This document shows positions 10,037-18,528 of a stretch of DNA of 48,963 nt, in pieces; position 1 is the first letter of the stretch, and every line of letters begins with the position of its first letter. Source of the DNA: an uncultured Alphaproteobacteria bacterium (GTDB lineage Bacteria > Pseudomonadota > Alphaproteobacteria > Rs-D84); the NCBI GenBank assembly GCA_947305255.1, contig CAMZDE010000002.1:1-48963 (forward strand), written 5' to 3'. Made by a program: the position numbers and the translations under genes. A model generated the notes under the pieces. The model did no database searches. It saw nothing but the letters and a program-made list of their open reading frames with translations, and was not told the DNA's origin.

Positions 10037-11074
10037 ATGTCTATTAAAACGAAACGTTTTTTCAGAAAACTTATAAATTATGCCGGAATTTTCTTTTTTA
10101 TTCTGGCCGCAGGAATGCTTTATTGGCAATTGCGTAATTATTCATTATCACAAATTGCGCATGCGCTTTGGAATATTCCTTTTGTAAATCTGGTTTTGGC
10201 ATCTGTTGCGTGTTTATGTGGATATGTTGTGTTGTCACTGTACGATTATTTGGCGTTACAATACACATGTCACAAAATCAGTTGGTGGAAATGGATGTTG
10301 GCGGGAATGTTTGGTTTCGCAATCAGCAACAACGCCGGCAACGCAATGGTCAGCGGTGGTGCAATCCGCTATCGTTTATATACGCGTTGGCGAATCCCTG
10401 CGGGCGACATTTTGAAAATGTTGACTTTTTCTGGTTTTACGTATTTTCTGGGGTTTGCAGCGGTCGAAATCATCGGATATTTTCTGGTATCGCCTGATTT
10501 CTTAGAACAATCATCAGAGGGGGTTTCTGTTGGGATTAACGGTTTGTTTATTGCGTGTTTGTCACTGATATTGGCATATTACGCGGTAACGATTGCTTTC
10601 TGCGATAAAAATATTCGTGTTGGTCAAATAAAATTCAAAATCCCATCAATCGGAACTGCGCTGATTCAAACAGTATTGGGAATGATGGACGCGCTATGCG
10701 CAGGAATGGTTTTGTATTTTTGTATTCGACCATATGTTTCTGCGGAAATCATGCCGTTCGGAATGTTCATAGGATTATTCGTCGTCGCAATGGTTGCCGG
10801 CGTATTCAGTCAGGTCCCCGGTGGTATCGGTGTTTTTGAATCTATATTCATCGCAGCATTGCCTGAATCCGTGGACAAGGCTAACATTTTTGGTGCGTTA
10901 TTGGCGTTTCGTATAATTTATTACGTGTTGCCATTAATGGGTGTTGGTGGATTATTTTTTGTATATGAACGATGGCTGCGCGCACGTATGCGTCGTTGGC
11001 TTGAAGAAGCGAAGCAAAAAATGCCAAAAATACCATTGCATATTGGTAAAAATGCCCGCGAATCCAGCAAATAA
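10037..11074 (+). CDS. MprF-like / lysylphosphatidylglycerol-synthase TM-region family membrane protein (UPF0104)
   Basis: Polytopic membrane protein. Start placed at the ATG of MSIKTKRFF rather than the track's non-ATG start at 9992. GGAIRYRLY and QVPGGIGVFE motifs are typical of this family. Confidence 0.65.
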   Translation: MSIKTKRFFRKLINYAGIFFFILAAGMLYWQLRNYSLSQIAHALWNIPFVNLVLASVACLCGYVVLSLYDYLALQYTCHKISWWKWMLAGMFGFAISNNAGNAMVSGGAIRYRLYTRWRIPAGDILKMLTFSGFTYFLGFAAVEIIGYFLVSPDFLEQSSEGVSVGINGLFIACLSLILAYYAVTIAFCDKNIRVGQIKFKIPSIGTALIQTVLGMMDALCAGMVLYFCIRPYVSAEIMPFGMFIGLFVVAMVAGVFSQVPGGIGVFESIFIAALPESVDKANIFGALLAFRIIYYVLPLMGVGGLFFVYERWLRARMRRWLEEAKQKMPKIPLHIGKNARESSK

Positions 11075-11277
11075 AACGCTTGCCAATTCCATTCCCATCT
11101 GGTATCTTATGTCCTGTTGTATAAAATGAGGTAAAATAGTGTTTGTGTTATCACTTTTTACAATAATGCGAGTCGCGCTGTGTGTTATCGTTGCGTGCAT
11201 CCTTGGCATGGGCGTAGATGCCCCATGGGAACGTGTTATGTTCATTTCGTACACCAAAAACACAAAAGGATTATTAA

Positions 11278-13077
11278 ATGTCAAAAAGAATTTATGTGGA
11301 CGGGGTTCACCCCGAAGAGACCCGGGTGGTGGTGGTGGATGCCGCCACAAGTCGTGTGGTTGATTTTGACGTTGAAACAACAACAAAACCTCAGATAAAG
11401 GGCAATATTTATCTGGCCAAGGTTATACGTGTTGAACCGTCACTTCAGGCTGCATTTATTGATTACGGAACGGGTAAAAACGGTTTTTTACCATTTTCTG
11501 AAATTCATCCGGATTATTATCAGGTATCGCCTGAACAAAAGAAAAAATTAATGGAATTGGCGCATGCCAACATCGTTGATGACGATGACGATCCGAATGA
11601 CGAAGAAGACGAAATCGCGGAATATGATGACCATAGCGCGGGCGAAGATAACAAAGAATTTTTGAAACGCGCTCATGAATTCAAAATCCAAGACGTCATT
11701 ACACCAAAACAGATTTTGTTAGTCCAAGGTGTCAAAGAAGAACGTGGCCAGAAAGGCGCGTCCATGACGACTTATTTGTCATTGGCGGGACGTTTCGCGG
11801 TTTTGATGCCTAATTCCAGAAAACGTAATAGTTATGGTGTATCAAAGAAAATTTCAGATCGTGCCGAACGTGCGCGTTTGCGTGATATTTTGCACACACT
11901 GAAAATTCCAAAGGGTATGACCGTTGTGTTGCGTACTGCCGCAATGGGTGCCAAAGCGGAAGATATTGCCAAAGATTACGAATATCTGACAGAACTTTGG
12001 AATGACATTCGTAAAACGACTTTGGAATCTGTCGCTCCGGTGACCATCCATACCGAAGATTCTTTGTTGCGTCGCGTTGTTCGTGATTTTATCAGCGAAA
12101 AGAACGACGTAATGTTTGTTCAAGGTGACGAAGTCTTTGAAGAAGCAAAAACATATTATCAACAATTGTACGGTCGCGCACCACGGAAACAGTTGGTTCA
12201 ATACAAAGATCCGGCGGTTCCGTTAATGACCAAGGCTGGTGTTGAAAAACAATTAGAAGGTCTGCATGGCCCATACGTTGGTTTGCCGTCTGGCGGTTCT
12301 ATTGTAATCAATCAAACCGAAGCGATGGTGACAATTGACGTTAATTCGTCGCGCGCAATCAAAGAGAAAGATATCGAACAAACCGCATTGAATACTAATT
12401 TAGAAGCGGCCGAAGAAATCGCACTGCAATTACGTTTGCGTGATTTGGCGGGTATTGTCGCGATTGATTTTATCGATATGGAAGATGAAAAGAATAACCG
12501 CAAATTGGAACAAAAAATGCGCGAAGTCATGAAACATGACCGTGCCAGAACTCAGGTTGCAAAAATAAATGCGTTCGGGGTTTTGATGTTGTCGCGTCAA
12601 AGATTGCGGTCTTCGTTCATTGAATCTTCGTATGTCGTGTGTCCGCACTGTATGGGGGCGGGCGTCGTGCCGAGTATTCAAACGGCGTCGATAATATTGT
12701 TCCGTCATCTTCAAGAAAAATTGTTGGCGAAACCGGCACAAAAAATCATTATGACGGTCCCAAGCGATGTTGCGATTTATTTGCTGAACCAAAAACGCGC
12801 TGAATTGGCAGATATGGAAAAAGAATTTGGCACAGAAATTGTGATAGTCGGCGACGATAGTTTGATGAATATTGATCAATATTCGATTCAACGCGTTGCG
12901 GCTGATAATGTCAAAACAGACGATGTGTTGTCTGCGCATGAACCGTCCAGTGACGTTAAAAAGAAAAATGCCCAACACAGCGAGGCAAAACGTATCACGT
13001 CAACTGCGCCACGTCATCGTGGTCGTGTTAAGAAAAAACAAGCCAAAAAATCATTGTGGAAAAAATTGGTTGGTTAA
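11278..13077 (+). CDS. rne: Ribonuclease E/G family endoribonuclease (short RNase E with an acidic insert and a basic tail)
   Basis: S1 domain GNIYLAKVIRVEPSLQAAFIDYG, catalytic core VTIDVNSSR...GIVAIDFIDM, and Zn-link CPHCMGAG. Preceded by a ~200-nt untranslated leader. Confidence 0.85.
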   Translation: MSKRIYVDGVHPEETRVVVVDAATSRVVDFDVETTTKPQIKGNIYLAKVIRVEPSLQAAFIDYGTGKNGFLPFSEIHPDYYQVSPEQKKKLMELAHANIVDDDDDPNDEEDEIAEYDDHSAGEDNKEFLKRAHEFKIQDVITPKQILLVQGVKEERGQKGASMTTYLSLAGRFAVLMPNSRKRNSYGVSKKISDRAERARLRDILHTLKIPKGMTVVLRTAAMGAKAEDIAKDYEYLTELWNDIRKTTLESVAPVTIHTEDSLLRRVVRDFISEKNDVMFVQGDEVFEEAKTYYQQLYGRAPRKQLVQYKDPAVPLMTKAGVEKQLEGLHGPYVGLPSGGSIVINQTEAMVTIDVNSSRAIKEKDIEQTALNTNLEAAEEIALQLRLRDLAGIVAIDFIDMEDEKNNRKLEQKMREVMKHDRARTQVAKINAFGVLMLSRQRLRSSFIESSYVVCPHCMGAGVVPSIQTASIILFRHLQEKLLAKPAQKIIMTVPSDVAIYLLNQKRAELADMEKEFGTEIVIVGDDSLMNIDQYSIQRVAADNVKTDDVLSAHEPSSDVKKKNAQHSEAKRITSTAPRHRGRVKKKQAKKSLWKKLVG

Positions 13078-13094
13078 TTTCTAATATGTGTATA

Positions 13095-13124
13095 AAACAC
13101 CGCCGTTTGGCGGTGTTTTTTTTG
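13095..13124 (+). terminator. Intrinsic terminator after rne
   Basis: ACACCGCC-gttt-GGCGGTGT followed by TTTTTTT. Confidence 0.75.
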
Positions 13125-13180
13125 ACTTTTGCCGTTTTTATTGCTATACATTCAAATGAAATAAACAAAAAAGGAAAAAA

Positions 13181-14209
13181 ATGTTTGATAAAACGATTAT
13201 AGTGACCGGTGGCGCAGGTTTCATAGGTTCTAACTTTGTGCCATATTTTTGCGCTAAATACCCGAAATATAAGGTTATAAACTTGGACAAATTGACGTAT
13301 GCTGGGGATTTGTCTAATTTGCAAGAATGTGAAAATATGCCTAATTATGCATTTATCCACGGCGATATTTGTGATCGTGGTTTAATCGAAGATTTGTTCA
13401 AAAAATATAATCCAAATGGCATAATTCATTTTGCAGCAGAAAGCCACGTTGATAATTCTATTAAAAACCCAGGGGCATTTATCAAAACGAACATAGACGG
13501 CACATTTACATTATTGGATTGTGCTTTCCGTCATTGGATGAATGGGCCGGGGGACGTGAAACCTGAACACGCATCCAGTCGTTTTCATCATATTTCCACA
13601 GACGAAGTCTATGGCGCGTTGGGTGAACAGGGATATTTTACAGAAAAAACACCTTACGCCCCGAACAGCCCATATTCGGCCAGCAAAGCCAGTTCTGATT
13701 TCTTGGTTCGGGCATATCATCACACGTTTGGTATGAACGTGACAACATCAAATTGTTCTAATAATTATGGTCCGAAACAGCATAATGAAAAATTGATACC
13801 GTTGATAATATCGCGCGCATTGGCGGAACAGCCATTACCGGTTTATGGTTCGGGTTCAAATGTTCGTGATTGGTTGTATGTGTTAGATCACTGCAAAGCC
13901 ATAGATTTGATTTTCCACAATGGTAAATCAGGCGAAACATATAATATCGGCGGTAATAACGAACGCAACAATATCACAATTGTTAAAAAGATTTGTGAAA
14001 TTTTAGACGAACGTCGCCCACGCAAAGACGGTAAAAAATATGCTGATTTAATTACTTTTGTTGCGGACAGGGCAGGTCACGATTTTCGTTATGCGATTGA
14101 CGCAACCAAACTTCAAACAGAATTGGGATGGCGCGCCAATGAAACATTTGATACCGGCATTGTTAAAACAGTCGATTGGTATCTGAAAAACCGGACAAAC
14201 GGCCGATAG
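13181..14209 (+). CDS. rfbB: dTDP-glucose 4,6-dehydratase
   Basis: GGAGFIGSNF Rossmann motif, HFAAESHVDNSI, catalytic YSASKASSD, and family-like similarity along the full length. Confidence 0.92.
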   Translation: MFDKTIIVTGGAGFIGSNFVPYFCAKYPKYKVINLDKLTYAGDLSNLQECENMPNYAFIHGDICDRGLIEDLFKKYNPNGIIHFAAESHVDNSIKNPGAFIKTNIDGTFTLLDCAFRHWMNGPGDVKPEHASSRFHHISTDEVYGALGEQGYFTEKTPYAPNSPYSASKASSDFLVRAYHHTFGMNVTTSNCSNNYGPKQHNEKLIPLIISRALAEQPLPVYGSGSNVRDWLYVLDHCKAIDLIFHNGKSGETYNIGGNNERNNITIVKKICEILDERRPRKDGKKYADLITFVADRAGHDFRYAIDATKLQTELGWRANETFDTGIVKTVDWYLKNRTNGR

Positions 14210-14214
14210 AAAAT

Positions 14215-14246
14215 CAAAAAAACCGCCCCATCGGGCGGTTTTTTGT
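14215..14246. terminator. Bidirectional intrinsic terminator between convergent genes
   Basis: A-run, ACCGCCC-catc-GGGCGGT, T-run. Confidence 0.7.
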
Positions 14247-14267
14247 TGGCTAACAATATAAATTAAT

Positions 14268-14792
14268 TTAATCCGCCGTGGACAATGTCACCTTGGTCGT
14301 CGCATTCGCGCTATCGTCATTCCACGTAGTGTAAATTGTGACGCGCTTAGAGTTCAAGTAGCCACCGAGCGAATCAAGACTATCGTATATAGATGTGGCG
14401 ATATTGTCAATTGCGCCACCAACATATTCCGCGTCCACTTTGTTTTCTTGAATGTTTTGTATATCACCTTGAATTAAGCCTATATGGTCGTCAAAGCCTT
14501 GCATTGTTGATTCAAAAGTATCAAATGATACTTTCTCGTTATTGACTTTATTCACCGCTGCAATCGCACTGTTATAGGCGCCCTTGACATATGCGGTTGT
14601 TGCGATATGTTCTTGGTCGGTGGTATCTATGTTTGCGCGACCATATGGTGCGGGCACATTTGTTGTTGGGGCTGGGTGATTTGTATCTGCCGCGGCGGGC
14701 GCGGTGTACATGTCACCCGATATATTCGCAGCGTTCGCCATTAACGGCAACGAAAGCATTATTGCGATTGGTAGTATTGTTTTTGTGTTCAT
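14268..14792 (-). CDS. Secreted protein, paralog family member B
   Basis: Start moved to MNTKTILPIAIMLSLPLMANA, behind the RBS AAGGAGAGG. Shares the same conserved N-terminal block and the C-terminal RVTIYTTWNDDSANATT motif. Confidence 0.75.
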   Translation of the reverse strand: MNTKTILPIAIMLSLPLMANAANISGDMYTAPAAADTNHPAPTTNVPAPYGRANIDTTDQEHIATTAYVKGAYNSAIAAVNKVNNEKVSFDTFESTMQGFDDHIGLIQGDIQNIQENKVDAEYVGGAIDNIATSIYDSLDSLGGYLNSKRVTIYTTWNDDSANATTKVTLSTAD

Positions 14793-14820
14793 TTCGTCCT
14801 CTCCTTTGCTTTGGTTATCA

Positions 14821-15006
14821 CAACACAAAACAACCACCCTTAAAATAAAGGCGGTTGGAGGTTAAGAACAATTTAATCCGAAATTGCGCCGTTTATTCTT
14901 TATATTCACAGCCCTCCAACCATTTACTGTTGGAGATGTTTTACGTCACATCCCTGACGCGGATTAACAGAGGTTCTTAAGCCTCATCAGAAAAACTCTT
15001 TCTGAC
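14821..15006 (-). promoter_or_regulatory. Structured leader, copy B
   Basis: Same architecture as copy A, read on the minus strand. P1 is TCAGAAA/TTTCTGA (compensatory relative to copy A). GGTTGGAGG is complementary to CCTCCAACC. Terminator CAACCGCC/GGGTGGTTG plus TTTTGTGTT. Confidence 0.65.
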
Positions 15007-15059
15007 ACACCCATATTATCATTTTTTTAAAAACCAAACAAGAACAAAATTAACACTAT

Positions 15060-15087
15060 AAAAAACGCCCCATCGGGCGGTTTTTTA
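15060..15087 (-). terminator. Intrinsic terminator (ends the 15991->15085 operon; sits upstream of the leader B promoter)
   Basis: CGCCCC-atc-GGGCGG hairpin with flanking A and T runs. Confidence 0.6.
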
Positions 15088-15549
15088 ATATCCTAAACCA
15101 TTACATTTTTTAATATAATTCAAAATCGCAGTCTGCATCATCGCAGTTTTTACGTCTGATGAATTTGGGTTGTTTTTTTGAATTATTTCAATTTTTTGTT
15201 GCTGAATTTTCCAGACCATATCAAATAATTCGTCAAAAAGTGGCGGATTTTCAAATTTTTTGTTGCCTTTATAGACATAACGCCCGCTTTTTTTTAACGC
15301 TATTTCAAACATAGGGACATCCTTGCCCGCCGAATGCACTATAAACGATACAAATACATCGCTTTTTTTATCAAATTTGCACAACGGTAAGATTTGATTG
15401 ATTGATGCCACAATGCTGACGCGCGTGTCCGGTGGCAATGTCAGGCCCGAATTATACCCAGGATAAATTTCCACGGGTTCATTTTCCAGCCGTGTCATCA
15501 ACCTTTTGATAGTTTTTTCTGCAATGTTGATATCTGTCACTGTTTCCAT
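15085..15549 (-). CDS. Hypothetical protein (154 aa)
   Basis: ORF with the ATG start at METVTD (the track start is TTG). No recognised domain. Confidence 0.5.
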   Translation of the reverse strand: METVTDINIAEKTIKRLMTRLENEPVEIYPGYNSGLTLPPDTRVSIVASINQILPLCKFDKKSDVFVSFIVHSAGKDVPMFEIALKKSGRYVYKGNKKFENPPLFDELFDMVWKIQQQKIEIIQKNNPNSSDVKTAMMQTAILNYIKKCNGLGY

Positions 15550-15619
15550 AAATATTCCCAAAATATATAGTTTTCGGTATATATTATAAGAAAGAAAATA
15601 AATAAAAACAACCAGATAT

Positions 15620-15991
15620 TCACATTACACCTTTTTGTTCGCAATCAAAATAAAATCGTGCCAGAAATCTATATATCAAAGATTGGTGTTGATGAATGCT
15701 AAGGTTGTCTTGATAATTTTGCGCTTCGTAAGTTTTTATAATATCCAATAATAACTTATCAAAAGACTTTGAACCCGCTGGGCAGAAAATTTTTTCATCT
15801 TTGACACAAATTATATCTTCAATCAGAGCGCTATCCCGAATTATAGAAAAAATCTTTTCATTTGTTTTTTTATCAAACACGGAATAATCAAAATCTGTTT
15901 TGTTTCCTTTAACTATATAAATGTCGGCTTTGTACAATATCTTGGAAAGTTTTATTATAATTTTTTCTCTGAAATCAGATGTATATTTCAT
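15620..15991 (-). CDS. Hypothetical protein (123 aa), first gene behind leader copy C
   Basis: Start placed at MKYTSDF, behind the RBS GGAGGTGG. No signal peptide and no recognised domain. Confidence 0.5.
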   Translation of the reverse strand: MKYTSDFREKIIIKLSKILYKADIYIVKGNKTDFDYSVFDKKTNEKIFSIIRDSALIEDIICVKDEKIFCPAGSKSFDKLLLDIIKTYEAQNYQDNLSIHQHQSLIYRFLARFYFDCEQKGVM

Positions 15992-16004
15992 GTCCACCTC
16001 CATG

Positions 16005-16195
16005 GTTTTGAAAACATCAACCGCCACAAAATGGCGGTTGGAGGTTCAGAACTATAAAAGTGGTATAGTGTGCTTTATTCAATATATTCAGCAGCCCTCC
16101 AACCATAGTCGGAGATTTTACGTCAACGATTCAATAGAATCGCAGACGCCACTTTTCAAGGGTTCTGACACCCCATCAGAAAAACTCTTTCTGAC
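16005..16195 (-). promoter_or_regulatory. Structured leader, copy C
   Basis: Same helices as the other copies. P4 is CTCCGAC/GTTGGAG with a G-U pair. P5 is ACTATA/TATAGT where the others have CAATTT/AAATTG. Terminator CAACCGCCA/TGGCGGTTG. The promoter block at 16196-16255 is near-identical to 15007-15065. Confidence 0.6.
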
Positions 16196-16324
16196 ACACC
16201 TATATTATCATTTTTTTAAAAACCAAACAAGAACAAAATTAACACCATAAAAAACGCCGCCCATGTTGCGCCTTTTTGGGGTGTGACGAACATGGACGAC
16301 GGGTTGGTTTTTAATGTCCCGATA

Positions 16325-16714
16325 TTATCGTTCAGGACTATTTTGATTTATTTGTTGTTTCACTGTATCTTTGGTTTGCGCGGCTTTTTTTGCTTTTTCA
16401 GCGTTTCGTTTGTCAAAGATTGTTAATGTCTTTTCCAACAGTTTCTTTGCGTATTTGCCGGCTTTGTAATATACAGTGCCATGAATCAAATATTCAACAT
16501 TAGGTGTAACACCTTCGGAATCGCATTCTAAAATGAACATATTGCAACGTCTTGGTTTGCCTTTTTCAGAAACAAATCTATAAACATAGTAATATCTGGT
16601 CCATTTATCTATATCTACACTGTCTTCGTATTTTTCCAAATCTTCTGTGCAGAATTCGACCATGCGTTTGCAATCAAATTTGTTTGATATAATTGTGTCT
16701 TCGTAATCTTGCAT
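16325..16714 (-). CDS. Hypothetical protein (129 aa)
   Basis: Start placed at MQDYEDT, behind the RBS AAAGGTGG. No recognised domain. Confidence 0.5.
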   Translation of the reverse strand: MQDYEDTIISNKFDCKRMVEFCTEDLEKYEDSVDIDKWTRYYYVYRFVSEKGKPRRCNMFILECDSEGVTPNVEYLIHGTVYYKAGKYAKKLLEKTLTIFDKRNAEKAKKAAQTKDTVKQQINQNSPER

Positions 16715-16803
16715 ATTTACCACCTTTGTCTGGTTTTTGCCGACAAAAGATAGCGCAAATAAAAAATATGTCAAGAAAAAAGACGACAAAAATAAATTTT
16801 GTA

Positions 16804-17160
16804 TTATCTATGAATGAATTTGTCAAGAAATTTCAAGACACTTGGTTGGTCTTGGGTTTTGTTTTTTTCTTCGGTGACATTTTTATCTTGGTTGTCGTGA
16901 ATCTCTTTGACCATAGCCAATAAATTGGTTTCTTGCTCTGATATTATATATTTTTTCCCGTTCACGACCAAACAGTCAAAACCTTTATTTGTTTCGTTTT
17001 CCAAATCGCAAGGGTCCGCGGGTTTTATCTCAAAAATCTTTTCCAAAGAATATTTATCTTTGACCGTGTACACGCCGGCGAACCTGAAAACGTGGATTTT
17101 GCCGGCGGCCAGAATAATTTTACAGCGTCCAACAACTAATTCTTTTTCGATGTCTGACAT
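16804..17160 (-). CDS. Hypothetical protein (118 aa)
   Basis: ORF with RBS GGAGAA upstream. No recognised domain. Confidence 0.5.
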   Translation of the reverse strand: MSDIEKELVVGRCKIILAAGKIHVFRFAGVYTVKDKYSLEKIFEIKPADPCDLENETNKGFDCLVVNGKKYIISEQETNLLAMVKEIHDNQDKNVTEEKNKTQDQPSVLKFLDKFIHR

Positions 17161-17232
17161 AATGCTTTTTCTCCGTTTGTTATTGATAAAATGATAATAT
17201 AAATAAAAATAATAGCAATTAAAAACGTCGCT

Positions 17233-18528
17233 TTATTGTTTCAATATATCCCCAGATTTTATGTATTCTGGCGAATTTTTCTTTGATTTTTTCTGGGCCA
17301 TTTTTGCGTATTTTTTCGCATTTTCATTGTTGCCATTCATTTTATAGAATTCAGCCATCGCCCAATCAGATTCACCGTCAACGCTGACCCGTGCCAAAAT
17401 CCAATACGCCAATGGCGATGCATCTGATAAAATAACGTGTTTGCATAGTTCACGCGCGCGCGTTAAATCGCCGTCTTTCTTTCGTTCTGATAACACCAAT
17501 GCCAACGCAGTTTCAATTTGTGGTGCATCGTCGATAAATTTTAATGCCTGTTCATATGCGTCAACACTGTCGTCGTAATGGCCATATTGATATTCAATGT
17601 CTCCCAATAATTCATAGAAATAGGGCGTTTTTGGATGGCGTTTGATTAATGTTTGTGTTCCTGTTTTTGCGACGTCTAAATTTCCAGAGCGCATATTTCC
17701 AATTGCGCGCGCATAAATCGCAGCATCTGATTTATTAGAATACGGATATTTTGTTAAAATGTTTTTTTCGTTGTCTAAATAGCCGACTAATTTTGCGCGC
17801 AACATATCATATTCTGCGTTTTCAGCCGTGATTTTATCAGCCGGTTTTGTCGGAATATTTTTCAAATTTTTGATTTTATTTTTTACATTATTTAATCGTT
17901 CGCTGGTTAATGGGTGATTGATTCGATTTGGATTTATACGCGATTCTAATTCACCGTGCATATCGCGCATTTGTTCAAAGACATCGATTAATCCGTTTGG
18001 ATTTTGGTCGGCCGCCACCATTAAATCAACCGCGAAATCATCGGCAACGCGTTCTTCGTCACGTGTGAAAGACAGCATAGATTGTTGTGCAATCCCCGTT
18101 GAACCCGCCAATACACCGACGCCGGCGGTTGGGTTGCCACCTGCGACCATCAGTCCGACCCCCAATGCCTGAACAATCAGTGTGCGTATCATTTCTGCAC
18201 GTTCGCGGTCGGCCATTTGAACCATGTGACCACCGATAGTATGCCCGAATTCGTGTGCAACGACGGCACGCAAAGCGTTCGGCGATTTGATTTGCTTTAA
18301 TAATCCGGTATATATAAAAATATCTTCGCCGCCACGTACAAAGGCATTAAAATCATCGTCATTCACAATATAGATTTTTAATCTTTCTGATGGGATTTTT
18401 GCCGCCATCGCCACAGGCGCAATAATTTCTGCGATGCCGCGTTCTATTTCTGTATCGTTAATCAGCGTCGCGCTATTGGCACCGAACGCCCAAAGAACAG
18501 TAATTAAAACAGCGAATATCTTTTTCAA
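17233..18528 (-). CDS. M48 family metalloprotease with C-terminal TPR region (BepA/YfgC-like)
   Basis: Signal peptide MKKIFAVLITVLWAFGANSA, zinc motif VAHEFGHTIGGH, and a TPR-like helical C-terminal half. Confidence 0.85.
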   Translation of the reverse strand: MKKIFAVLITVLWAFGANSATLINDTEIERGIAEIIAPVAMAAKIPSERLKIYIVNDDDFNAFVRGGEDIFIYTGLLKQIKSPNALRAVVAHEFGHTIGGHMVQMADRERAEMIRTLIVQALGVGLMVAGGNPTAGVGVLAGSTGIAQQSMLSFTRDEERVADDFAVDLMVAADQNPNGLIDVFEQMRDMHGELESRINPNRINHPLTSERLNNVKNKIKNLKNIPTKPADKITAENAEYDMLRAKLVGYLDNEKNILTKYPYSNKSDAAIYARAIGNMRSGNLDVAKTGTQTLIKRHPKTPYFYELLGDIEYQYGHYDDSVDAYEQALKFIDDAPQIETALALVLSERKKDGDLTRARELCKHVILSDASPLAYWILARVSVDGESDWAMAEFYKMNGNNENAKKYAKMAQKKSKKNSPEYIKSGDILKQ

